Shown here piece after piece: positions 15,847 through 35,800 of a DNA stretch of 64,000 nucleotides. This stretch comes from Lingula anatina (lineage: Eukaryota > Animalia > Brachiopoda). The notes under the pieces were generated by a model that saw nothing but the letters and a program-made list of their open reading frames with translations, had not been told where the DNA came from and searched no databases. The stretch spans positions 33,790,001 through 33,854,000 of the forward strand of contig CM120642.1 in the NCBI GenBank assembly GCA_051362555.1. Reading direction: 5' to 3'. Position 1 is the stretch's first letter; each line of letters starts with the position of its first letter. A program made the translations under genes and the position numbers.

Positions 15847-18000
15847 AGTTGCTACTGCTGATGTTGACTTTGTTTTATATATCACAGATGTATCTTGATA
15901 ATAGTGTTAGTTTTCCGGGGTAATGGAGATAATAAAATAGAAGAAGAAAGATATGACCCACTGTAAATGCTCACACACACACACACTGATTGCAGAAAAA
16001 CAAAAACTTAAAAACTACTCAAAATTCAATGAAAAGTTGTTTTATCAATTAAAACATATTCAATTTTGAAACTTATGCAAATAATTCAATTGAGATCTAT
16101 CTCTTTCTCTCTGAAAGTATGAACCCCCTAACAATCTAATTATCTTTATATACATTAGGAGTTAAACATTAACAAAAAGACAACATATTGGCATCTTGTG
16201 ATCAGTCCTTCCAGTTACATAACTTGGTCACCTTCTTGTAGGAAGTTATGGGTTTTCAAACTTCCTTTTACATTTACATAAGATCTGTCAAAGTCAAAGA
16301 ATCCAGTTAAGACCCTTGTTGAACCTGCTGCATACAATTTCAAGTTTCTTTAAGCAGATAATGCCACTCTGCACTCCAAACCACTGGAGACCTTCCCCAT
16401 GTTTTCTGTTCTATTGTAAACCAAGTCAAACTATGGCCCAGCACCTTAAAGCTTAGATCCCTGGCACTAACACACACACACAGAGATGCATTACCTCTAC
16501 TTTGTCTGTGGCTTTCATCATAACATGTGCGGAGTTACACCCACCAGGCTGTCACTACGTATTCAGTAAGATAACAGCAGTGACACTGTATCTAGGGCAA
16601 GGGTGACAATCTACTTAATATCTTACTTGAGATGACTGGAACATTTTTCTCAACAGAAACAACATCATTAGTAGGAGATTTTTATGTTTTAGTTTTATTT
16701 TACTGTTATAAAATATTTTAATATTTCACAGATAGTACTCAATGTAAATCCTGAACAGGTAAATAATCATACTCTTATACAAACAAGAAAAGTTTTAAAT
16801 GATATGATTTTTCTGGAAATTTGATGATAAAATATTTTATACATTCTGCCAACAATAGCAATAATCACATTTATATCTGAAATAGTACAATAGCAACTGC
16901 TGCACTCTTAAAAAGACAAAATGACCTTTATCACAGATGATCAAAGATAACTATAAATGGCTCAATTAAGATTTCCCTTATAACAAAAATTGTTTTTTCT
17001 CTTTATATTTCCTTGTTTCACAAAATTTGACAAATAGTTTCACAGATTTGTTGTATTTTAATAATTCTTATGAAAATCCCCCACTCCACAGTAAAAATAA
17101 CAGTTACACAGGTGCTTTATCACAATGCAATCTTCTGAATAAAGAATTATATGACCATTTAATTAATTTCAAATACATTCTTTATCTTTAAGCCACTATA
17201 GATTTCTTTACCTCCAAAAACAGAGTGACATGACATAAAAAGAGGTCTGAAAGTTTTAAAAATTGTGACCACAGCAATATATTATCATTCAACTAATATA
17301 ACCTTACAATGTATGTAGAGGAATGGATCCTATCACCGAAAACATTTAGAGCCAGTAAAAGGTTTTTTTTTTTTTATAAAAATGTGCTAAATAAAATGTT
17401 ACCATAAAAAACCCTGCTCCCCTTCAAGAGAGTATTTGAATTCAACCATGGAATGACTAGCATTTTATAAAGTATGCTACCATTTGACAAAAGCTGGCCC
17501 CCTCTCACTATATGTGAACTTCTTAATTGTATGTTTCCAAAACAATAGTTTGTAAGAGATACTGGGGAAAAAGGGATTTGTAAGATCCTAAAGTAAATAG
17601 GTTCAGGTCAGATGGCCTGTTTTGTGAATAATAAAAAGAGAAATTTTCACGTAATGCAGTGCTACATGAAACATTTGAAGTAATTAACTTATTTCTAGAG
17701 TAATATGGAAGTAGTGGTATCTTTGTCATATGGTCAATGGCCGTGAATTGGGAACCCTTCCCGAGTTTCTCAACAACAAAAAACTCAAGAATAAACACTC
17801 TCACTCAGTTTTAAAGCAAATAACATCTATTGTGAAAGAAACAGTGTCTAGGCAATATGTTCATTTACTACACATATCGCTTTGTTCTGATACTAATGGT
17901 AATGATACTTCTAATGATTCAAAATGACCCACACTCTCAGTTTTCATGACAGTGACATTGCACATCAAACTTCTGCGAGTGAAAATATTACGTAAATGTC

Positions 18001-25270
<7,270 letters not shown>

Positions 25271-25959
25271 CTAGGAAAGTATAAAGTTAAATATGCAAAG
25301 ATAAGAGAACAAATATAACCTGTATCACATGTGTATATGTATTTGCATGCATGCACATGTAGGAAATAAAGGACAGAAATGTACCAAACAGTCTAAAAAA
25401 GATAAATATAAAAATGCATTACAAGAGAACAATTTGTACAAAAATTGCGTGTTCGGTACCTCCATTTATCCTCCTCTTTGTGAATACAGACAAAACTGTG
25501 CATGGATTTTATGAGAAACTATCTCATCTTACACTATGAATTAACACAATACTGAACACTGCAATGAGGGCCTTCAATACTACATAGGAAATAGAACACC
25601 TATACTCATTTGGCCAAACACCTGTTCATATGACAAACCTTCTGAACCACAAATATGATAATTATCATATATCATAATAATAATAAGTATTATCAAGTGA
25701 TTTCAGCTGTTAACTGCTGCATGTATAAAGTGAGAAATGGATAAAAGTGAGAAATGGATAATAGCTAGTGAATTGATCAGTGACTCAGGATCACAAGTAT
25801 TCAGTCACCTGCATCTTACTAGTAATAGTATGCTTCTGTATATCAGATTCTGTTTATTCAGAGGTGACATTTATGAAGGGAAGAAACATACTGAGTATAC
25901 CAGTAGCAAAGTTTATAAACATGAGAGTTCAAGACCCCAGTCAAGCCCATATTTGAGGG

Positions 25960-26761
25960 TTGCCTCAGTTTTCGGCCTTACAAGCTCACAGTACACTTAC
26001 CGCTGGTAAGGCCTCATAGCAGTATGTACAAAAAACTTGAGACACTTAAGTACCTGAAAGTATCCACGTTCTGACAATCTCTGTGGGTCCTCCGTTGTAC
26101 CTTGTAGTATGTAAATCCAATCAAAAGTGTTTTCGTGTACCTTCAGGCACGAGGTTCATAAAGTTTTGCTCTTTTTATTTCAGCTTCCTCCTGCATCGAC
26201 ACAACAGCACGCCATATTGTGGTACACTTGCGGAAAGGACGACCACCTTTTCAAGGTCGACCTCGAAATGGAGTTGACCTGTTTCACGTTTCCAATGTAA
26301 ACTTTTAGCGCCCTCGGGTGACGAGTTGTGAAAAATGGTGTTTGATCCATGTAGGCGACCTAGCTCCAATTTATAATGTTTTACAAGCATTTGACCATCT
26401 ATTTGCGCTTCTGTCGAATTTGGCCTACCTTTGCCTTAAAACCTACATGAATAAATATTTGAGAAATTTAATAATTATAGTATTTTATAGCAATAAAAAT
26501 ATATTTAAAAATCACGTATTGTTTTATTTTTTTTATTATTATTAGAAGTATTATATTTTAACTCACCCTTAATCAAAATAAATACATGAATTACATTAAA
26601 AGAAAAAAACTTTTTACTTATTTTTTTATCAATTTCTTTATTTTTATTCCATTTGAGGAAGAGGTTTAGGTGTACATGCAGAGGCCTTGAAGTCGTGTGT
26701 GTGATGCAAAAATGAAATAAATGACTGCTAACTTTTTTGTGTTCCCAGAGTGAATGACGCC

Positions 26762-26817
<56 letters not shown>

Positions 26818-27424
26818 AGTTCATTTTTCATTTCCAGTCTTGTATTTTTGACTTGAGCTGCAATCTTATTTACTTATTTATTTATTTCATTTTATTTTTG
26901 TTGTCCTCTCCCAGTAGTGTACGGAACACCAGAGCTTGAACATGCCATCCATTAAATAATAAATAAACAAAATAAAGAAACAAAAATAAAAAAATGCTTG
27001 TAAAACATTATAAACTGGAGCTAGGTCGCCTACATGGATCAAACACCATTTTTCACAACTCGTCACCCGAGGGCGCTAAAAGTTTACATTGGAAACGTGA
27101 AACAGGTCAACTCCATTTCGAGGTCGACCTTGAAAAGGTGGTCGTCCTTTCCGCAAGTGTACCACAATATGGCGTGCTGTTGTGTCGATGCAGGAGGAAG
27201 CTGAAATAAAAAGAGCAAAACTTTATGAACCTCGTGCCTGAAGGTACACGAAAACACTTTTGATTGGATTTACATACTACAAGGTACAACGGAGGACCCA
27301 CAGAGATTGTCAGAACGTGGATACTTTCAGGTACTTAAGTGTCTCAAGTTTTTTGTACATACTGCTATGAGGCCTTACCAGCGGTAAGGGTACCGTGAGC
27401 TTGTAAGGCCGAAAACTGAGGCAA
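25960..27424. mobile_element. Foldback (Mutator/MULE-like) non-autonomous element with ~430-bp near-identical TIRs and a 9-bp TSD
   Basis: TIRs 25960-26392 and 26992-27424 give identical ORF translations on opposite strands; ATTTGAGGG flanks both ends (25951-25959 and 27425-27433). Confidence 0.9.
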
Positions 27425-27540
27425 ATTTGAGGGTGGCTAGGGGGTTGGAATAACTGCGGTTTTGGCCTGATTTGACCTTGTTTCTTTACCAATTTAGGTC
27501 AACCTACTAGTTAGTGGGTGAAAAGGTTCACATAAAAATT

Positions 27541-27689
27541 GTTAGCCACAGGCTGCCTGACAGTGTACTAGTAGGTTTAGACACAGGCCGCCTGACAGTG
27601 TACTAGTAGGGTTAGCCACAGGCTGCCTGACAGTGTACTAGTAGGGTTAGCCATAGGCTGCCTGACAGTGTACTAGTAGGGTTAGACAC
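27541..27689 (+). repeat. 35-bp minisatellite, ~4 copies (GTTAGCCACAGGCTGCCTGACAGTGTACTAGTAGG)
   Basis: Direct observation. Confidence 0.85.
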
Positions 27690-28192
27690 TGAACATCGGT
27701 TCATCTAAAACTTTCATTTTTTCAGACACTAGTACCACTGTGAACATAAAGTAAACGGGAGAGCGTAAAATAGGTTGATTATTTCAATTTGTCACCTGAC
27801 GTTATTTGCCACATTTTTTTCGTCAACTCGTCCACTTCAAGTATACTTACCCTCATAAATCCACTAATTTACTGTGGGGTGTACCCGACCTTTGTTACAT
27901 AAATCATACAGCGATACCTGATACCAGTAATAAACAAGAGAACTAACTTAGTAACTAAGTAAAATTATGGGAGACAAAGAGTGACAACAATTTCCATTAC
28001 ATATTTCACAATTTGTACAGTATGATAAATCTATCAAACTTTGATCGATCATTTGGTACTTACGTTTCTCAATCGCAGGAAATCAGCTACGTTTTGTCCG
28101 CATATTAGGGCTCAGTTCGTCCAGGTAGATAAGAGGTCTCTACTTGTGACCAGTGTGAAGTATCAGTGACCTCCTTCAGGTTGACACCTCCA

Positions 28193-28201
28193 CCGGAAGT
28201 G
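28193..28201 (+). promoter_or_regulatory. ETS/GABP motif CCGGAAGTG in the probable TMEM144-A promoter
   Basis: Consensus match, upstream of candidate 5'UTR donors (GTAAGT on the - strand at ~28062 and ~27849). Confidence 0.4.
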
Positions 28202-28285
28202 GAACGTTACTTTACAAGATAAGCCACTCTGGTCTTTTCCAAGCTTTTCTTGACCCCCTTCTTTTTTTTTTTTTAAATCGTCATT

Positions 28286-28294
28286 TTATTATTA

Positions 28295-28367
<73 letters not shown>

Positions 28368-28431
28368 GGTACCAGTCATTTCATTTCTATTTTCTTTTGA
28401 AACATTTATCTGTGCACACTAATCAAAACAC

Positions 28432-28482
<51 letters not shown>

Positions 28483-28505
28483 CATCATCATCATCATCAT
28501 CATCA
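28286..28505. repeat. (TTA)n followed by (AAT)n(CAT)n microsatellites in inverted orientation
   Basis: Direct observation. Confidence 0.9.
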
Positions 28506-29401
28506 CTGGTGATGAAAATTACAATGAAAAACTTTATAAAACAGAACAAATTTTGTTAGTGTTTATATCAATATAAAAGAGACATATAAGAGACAAATGT
28601 AAAATAAGTTGTTCTAATTGTTATTGATATGTTGTGCTGGCTAAATTGCTGCATTAATTTTCATTTTTATAGGGAAAACAAAACTCATGATGAAATGTGC
28701 ATTGTATTACCTATCCCTAGGATGACACCTTCAATATTCAAAATGACTGAACTCACAAATCAGAAAGAAAAAACTATAAATTATTCTCAGCATCCGGTGG
28801 TTGGGAGATTAGTAGTTCATGACAACATGATACTAATGTAGAATGAAAATATGATTTGGCAATAGTAGTTTGAATATAGCAAAATACACTGCAAAAAGAA
28901 AAAAATTAATATATATATATATATATATTTTTTTTTCTTTCAAATGTGTCATTAAACCTGTCATTTTGCCAAACAAAATCCCCTAGAGAATGTTAATGAA
29001 AAGAAAAAATTTAGACTGCTTCATCCGTTTAAACAATCCTGTCAGAAAATTGTGTTTATGGATCTACATGTTTAATTTTTTAAAAATTTTATGAATTATC
29101 ATATCGATTTTTTTAAGTCTTAAATTGAGGATTTGCCAGGGTTGTGAAAGATATTGTTACGGATGCGACAGTCGCATCTAACACATTTGGGGTGCTCGTT
29201 GCCAAATATGATTTGAACACACTCTGTCTCATGATTTCATTTGGTAATGTCACACCTCTTAGATAACTTTCAGTTTTAAAATTGTAGAGATTGGCGTTAA
29301 GTTGCCCAATTCTGATCTCGTTAATATAACGAAACAAAATCTAATTCAATTAAAAATCAGCCCGGCGTTAGTGCTGTAGTTCGTTGTTCTGCGATGGCTT
29401 T

Positions 29402-29414
29402 GTCACGTGACGTA
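29402..29414. promoter_or_regulatory. Palindromic E-box/CLEAR motif GTCACGTGAC overlapping CRE-like TGACGTAA in the Dachsous/TMEM144 intergenic promoter region
   Basis: Perfect 10-bp palindrome in a CpG-richer segment ~670 bp upstream of the Dachsous ATG. Confidence 0.45.
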
Positions 29415-30074
29415 AGGAAAAGGCACGAAAGGATTATCTTATTTTTACGTTTTATTCAGTCTAATAAAATCTCTCAGATATATAATAAAACTATCGAATT
29501 TCGTCTATAGAAAAATAAAATAAATATATTTACCAAATATATGCCAAGAAAAAGGAAATATGTAAAAATGCAACAATTATGCATATTGATTCTCCTTACG
29601 GAGCCCTGACCTACATAAACATTGGCATTGGTGAATAGTCGGTGTGGAGTGAGGGAGCTCGTAAGTTTGTAGAGTAGAGATGACTCTCATTTCATCATGG
29701 AAAGGGGATACAGACAACCGATGAACGTGAAAACGGCAATCGGAGATAAGTATCCAGACATCTACTTAACACTTTGTGGACTTAAATGTTGAGTCGACTT
29801 CATATAAGACACGATCAAGAAGACAAAGCTGCGAAATACTACTGTTGCTATCGTACAACGTGAAAATGGATTAGGCTGCATTTAAGACGAATTAGATTTA
29901 AAATCAGTTCGATATTGTTATCATTTATTGCCCAATTTATATGTACTATGCAAGATTTTGATGTTACTGGATGAACAGAGAAGCAGGTAGTCACAGATTG
30001 TGACTGAACTTCGGAAATTAAGAACACCTGAAACTTGGATCAAACAGGTAAAAGTTGGCCGATACTTGGTCAAC

Positions 30075-31814
30075 ATGGAGTCAACGTGCAGGTGCTTGGA
30101 GAGACGCTGCTTGTTGTTCTTGGTCGTTTTATCTATGCAATTTCTGCCAACGAAGGCACAAGCTGCAAGATATGTTGAATTTTCTATTGCTGAAGAACAA
30201 CCTATAGGTAGTTTTATTGGCGATCTAAACACAGGGAATAATTATCTTTTTGTGGTCTGGCAAGGGACAGAATACAATGACAGAATACATGTTGATACCT
30301 TCACGGGGAATATTACAACAGCTGCAGTGTTGGACAGAGAAGAAAAGTCTTCCTATAGCTTCTCTGTGGTACTGTCCTCCTCTGGTCTACTCATGCAGGT
30401 CACGGTTCGTGTACTGGACATTAATGACCACAACCCTGTGTTTCCTGTGGATGTTGTCCATTTAATCTTACCAGAAAAGACACCAATTAACACCAAGCAT
30501 GTGCTCGGCAGTGCTGTCGACCCTGACCTGGGAGATAACACTGTCAGTAGATACGAGATCCACAGTGGAAATACAAACTCTGCATTTGGACTTGTGTCCA
30601 AGCAAAATGGCAATGTTTTGTACTTAGATTTAACAGTAATTGGGGTTCTGGATTACGAGCAGACCCGTGAGTACGATTTGTTCATCAGGGCTTATGACAA
30701 TGGCTCACCACCTAAATATGGAGAAATGAGAGTAAATGTGACAATAATTGATGACAATGATAATCAACCCATATTCAATGCAAGCAGATATTCTGCACAG
30801 ATTTTGGAAAACGCCACTGTTGGAGGAAGTATTTTACAGGTTTTTGCCACAGATCAGGACAGTGGTGAAAACGGCCATATTATGTACCATATAGATCGAA
30901 TAAATAGTGATCAAGAAGAATTTTTCCGTATCAATCCAGACACAGGAATTGTGTATGTAAATAAGCCACTGGATTATGAGAGGAAAGGAGCACACGAGCT
31001 CATCGTTGTCGCTAAAGACAACGGAAGCCAACCTTTACAGACAAGTGCAATTGTGTCCATACAGGTGGTCGACGTGAATGACAATGAGCCGCGCATTAAC
31101 CTGACTTTCTTCTCCAACGACAATACTCCCAAGATATCCGAGGCGGCCAATCCTGGTCAGATCGTTGCCAGGGTGACTGTTAGCGATAAAGATGGCTCAG
31201 GAGTCTTCTCAAATATAAATGTCACACTCAAGGGGGGTGGGGGTCATTTTGGGTTGACAACTAGGGACAACACAGTGTATTTGATAATCATAAAAAATCC
31301 ACCTGATCGGGAAATACAACCTTATCATATGCTGACAATAACAGCAACGGACAGTGGTACACCACCTCTTAATGCCAACATCACATTTAATTTACAAGTG
31401 GAAGATGTGAATGACAACGCTCCCCAGTTCACAGCGAGGGAATATCGTGCTGATATCAAGGAGATTGTTTCCGCGGGTTCATTTGTGATCCAGGTGAACG
31501 CCACAGACCAAGATGAGGGGGACAACGCCCTGATCCAGTACAGTATATTAAATGTGCCAGATTCTCACTCAGATTGGTTCCAAATAGACACCATGTCTGG
31601 CCTGATCACCACCAGTAAACCTATCGACTGTGAAGTGGATTCTCAGCCGCGGTTGTTGGTCCAAGCGATGGACTCTGGCTCTCCTCCTCTCTCTGCCACT
31701 GCCACTGTGATTATTACAATACGCGATGTCAACGACAACCAGCCTGCCTTTGATCAGAGTTTTTACAATGTCTCCATCCCAGAGGATACCGCTGCCCAGA
31801 CATGTATACTAACC
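30075..31814 (+). CDS. DCHS1: Dachsous protocadherin, coding exon 1 (signal peptide plus ~5 cadherin repeats)
   Basis: Signal peptide LLFLVVLSMQFLPTKAQA; repeated LDRE/LDYE and DxNDNxPxF motifs; Dachsous-typical IDCE...DSGSPPLSATATV; donor GTAAGT at 31815 (phase 0). Confidence 0.88.
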
Positions 31815-32641
31815 GTAAGTGCACCACTTCATATTGTAGTTTTTAAACAAATTTTAAATATCACACTTTTCTCCCACGTTTTATTTCAGGAATATACATA
31901 GAGTCTGATAGTTTATATACACAAATGAGGGATGTTTAAACTGCAATGTCTATGTTGGGTTTTGTGACAGGGTCTTGAAAATATCAGCCTTTTTTTAGGC
32001 ACTTGGTTTGATTCAAAGAAAGAAAAAATATAAAGGGACCCAAAGTTGTGAATGTTCCTGTTGAATTATCTATTTGAACATAATGATATATCTGCATAAA
32101 CAGATTTCTCCAGTTAAACATTGTTTAGATCTATAATTTCCTGACTAAATGTATTTAGCATTAAGCATAATACAAATAGTCATTCGGAGGAAAGCCAGGT
32201 TCTTATGGATTGTAGATGGATCTTGTCATGACACGAGAGGAAATGGTAGAATATTCTTAGGAGGACTACAAATGAGATTACATCATGAAAGTTAGATTTG
32301 AACTGTAGATCTTTTTTGGTAGGTTTTATTGGTATAACATATGAAAAGTCTTGTTTTTCCACCAAGACAGTGTCCAAGATGTATTAAAGAGAGAGAAAGA
32401 GACAGGTTTGGACAGTCTAGACCCATTGATCTTTCACAAGGGGGCAACTCAACTCCTTATTCCATTACCCATTTTACAGGGATGACAGGAGTGGGCCTGT
32501 TTTTCGCCTCTTCATTCTTTATTAATGTCCTTAGACATGCAACCCTCCAATAGAAGTTATGTTGAAAAACTTAGTCACTCTAACTGCACATGAGATGAAA
32601 TCTGCAGGCCCCCTGTCTAGATAGCGACCAGGTACATATTA

Positions 32642-32898
32642 GGCTTCGTTCACATGCAATGTCTATTTTCTAAATTCTATTTTCTATTCGCGCTATCTTA
32701 TGATCACGGTCTGTGCCCTAAATATCCCGCCGCGTAATTACTGGCAGCGCGAGCCAGTTACTTATAGTAACTTATAGTAACTGGCTCGCGCTGCCAGTAA
32801 TTACGCTGCGGGATATTCAGGCCACAGACCGTGATCATAAGACATACCGCAAATAGAAAATAGAATTTAGAAAATAGACATTGCATGTGAACGAAGCC
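32642..32898. mobile_element. Palindromic PIF/Harbinger-like MITE, copy 2 (opposite orientation to copy 1)
   Basis: Same termini as the copy at 7665-7922; 3-bp TSD TTA on both sides. Confidence 0.9.
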
Positions 32899-35800
32899 TT
32901 ATACTGGCTCCTTGAAGTTAAACTGGGCTGTAATCTTTCTTCCATTTCATTAGAGAGAAAGTCTGCTTGTACCTATTCTCCTCCAACCACCAAGTGTTTA
33001 AGTGACCAGAAATAATTGTTGATATTGAATTATGTCCAGTAAAGTGGGGCAAAATTTAAACAAAGGTGAACTAAGTGTGGAAAGCATTGGGGATAATTAT
33101 GAAGTATTCAAGAGAATAAATACTCCACCAGCTGGGCCTTTACAGAATGGGTTTAGTTGTAAACTTACAGTAATAAAAGTGGGCACTTATGATTTAGACT
33201 TTGAAGAAATATGTACTGCATAAAGGAGCACCTGTTTGGCTAATTCTAATGACCAATTCTAAAGTCTGAATTTTATATATATATTTCATACAACGCGTCC
33301 AGTAGACAATAATGACCAAATAAAAAAACTGCCTTTCGTCTGGCTGGCTTTCCACATTCTATGGGGTATGGGTCATCAACGGGGTGAACAAAGTCTTGAC
33401 AACAATCAGTGATAGGAATTCCATAACAACTATCATTAATCTTACTAGGTGAATATCCATTTGACAGGCTGGTTTGTATGGCGGACATCAGCCAAGGCCG
33501 CCAGGTGATTTGATTAGCCTCCATTGCTAAAGGTAGCACTAGCTCAGGCACAGACACACAAAGAACTGCTCTGTGATAGCCAACTTAATCCTGGGCCAAA
33601 AGCTTTTGTGTCTCTTTGGAGCTGGGAACAAAAAAGTTCCAGACCTCTGGCTGTGTTACATGTGTCAGAAATTGAATTTTTTTTCTCTCTATGAAGATAT
33701 TGCTGTAAAGTTCCAGTAAGAAAGAATGAGGTGATATTTAATGAAAAATGGACTATGGGGACTCTTTAATCAACTTCAAAAAGTTCTGAAGAATGTTTTT
33801 TTTTTATTTGAATTCTGAAAAAAAAAAAAAAAAAAAAACAAAGTGAATTTTAAGTGAATGTCATCATGGTTTGTATTTCAAGTTTGTTAACTGGTAAAAC
33901 TTGTATTAAACTGAACAAAATTCAGAGATGAGATGTGCCTATAGTGGTACCAAGGGAAAGAGAAAAAAGGACTCTTCTTAGCCCCATATCGCAACTCAGT
34001 TGTATGAATTTAATCCCACAACCTGGGTACAGGTACTGACTGCTATCACGGTCATTTCAATAAATTAGAATACTGCATGGATGCTGGTTAAGTGGGGATT
34101 TTAAACTCCATGACACAAAAGACTTGGGTGGCCCTGTATAATTAGGGAGGATAATTGAACGTTCATCCAGGCATTCCTGGTATAGTAACGATCATCCCTC
34201 ACCGAAGGCTACAACAGAAATAATGCTTTGAAATGGAAGCACTTCATGTCTTTACCACATTCTGCCCACTTTTACTGTTATTCTAAGGTTGCGTTTATTT
34301 TTCATATTGCTCCAATTGTTTGCCTGCGATTGCAGCACAAAGCGCACGCAGTGTTTAGCAAGGGGGGGTGACGGTATATTATACAAACATGCACAAATTC
34401 CTCCCCTTTGTGTCCGTTTAAATGTGTTTACTCACGGCAGTCTGGTTAGCTATGGAAGCTGAGTCAGGACTTCTTGTCTTTAGAAATACGCTCCCAGTTT
34501 ATGGTACACATAAGTCGACCAAAGAAATAGCAGCACTGCAAGTTTCAACCCCTCCCCCAATATCACCTGAATGGGTTGTCAACACAGGTTTACTGTGTGC
34601 TGAGAAGGATGAGTCTCCAAGCTATGTTCTACATATAAATACTAGTATAAATTTACATCTTATTTGGTCTAAGATAAAAAAGAAAAAAAATTCTGATTAT
34701 TTAACCTCGACAAGAGCAAACTGTCTTGCTGATCAAGTGACATGGTAAATTATCATATGTGTCGCTGTTCAGTTAACAGGAGACATGATTTCTGGTTGAT
34801 TTCACCAGATTTACAGCATACCTAGTCTAGCCCAGCTAGTCATACTGGAGTCTGCGCTGTTATCTTACCTGTAATCAGTCAATATAGTCGTAGAACTGTC
34901 ACCTGAGGTAATTAATGCCCGGCCACACACCTCTGGGATAATCAATAATTTGGGCAGGCCTCCTGCATTTATTTATCTTCTTAGATCGATACTCTTAACT
35001 ATATTATGTACATTTGCTCTATGTAATGTTATAGATGTAGAAATATTGTGTCTAAAATTGCTCATTTGCAAATTTTTTCTGTCTCAAAGTTTGATGTGTA
35101 ACTTATCAAAATGCAACAAGTGTCCAGCAAGCAGTTTCTATCTGATTTGTGGACTTTGTACTATGCTTTTCTTTTTAACACAGAAGTGAGAGCCAATTTT
35201 AGGCAAAATTGTAGAAGCTCCAGGCTTCTCAATTTGATTAACACTATTATTATTAAAGAATTGCCTCTTATTTCAATCCTTGATAGTCAGCATAGTGAAG
35301 TTAACCAAACAATGGGGCCTGCTGGTAAGAAGGTACGATAGACTTCATAAATTAGACAGAGGATTATAGAGTGCAAATAAACCGGGGGGTTAAAGTGACA
35401 TAGCATGCGTATCTCGTACACTGCATCAAGTGGAATGTACGTGGTTGTAGGTTCGAAGGAGGACTTTGGCTCTGACACGTAGACTACAGCTGTTAACAGT
35501 GCCTGCGCCTTAACTGGTGGCCTGGAAATTATAACAGTTCAACGCAGAAATTGAGTTTTTTTTTTTTTTTTTTTTTCAGTTGCAATTTTATGGAATTGGG
35601 TTAGATTTCTGCTTTCTGTTTGTATTTCAGAAGAAAACAATTTGACGTTTTAATGGCCTTCTCTGATCTCATTACAAAATTTTAAGTAAAAGTAGAATTT
35701 TGTTCCTTAAGTATTTAGTCATATTTTCCTCATATTCTCAACAAACTGTCATAACTGAAATAATTTAACTGATAAAGAATGACAAATTAAATCACCAATA

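Noticed and set aside
26083-27301. Identical 64-aa and 71-aa ORFs on opposite strands
   Set aside because: They simply reflect the TIRs of the foldback element; no protein motif is recognisable.
28295-28576. Poly-Leu/poly-Ile ORF
   Set aside because: Translation of trinucleotide microsatellites.
30000-30074. Upstream GTG start of the 633-aa cadherin ORF, and its tail after 31814
   Set aside because: ATG 30075 directly precedes the signal peptide; the tail is intron read-through past GTAAGT.
30075-31814. Clustered protocadherin or Fat4 assignment
   Set aside because: The IDCE and DPDCGVNA motifs and further ectodomain exons without a TM segment after repeats 6-7 fit Dachsous better.
33273-35478. 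Two antisense ORFs sharing LDA(L/V)YEI
   Set aside because: Short match, no splice structure or family motif; likely chance.
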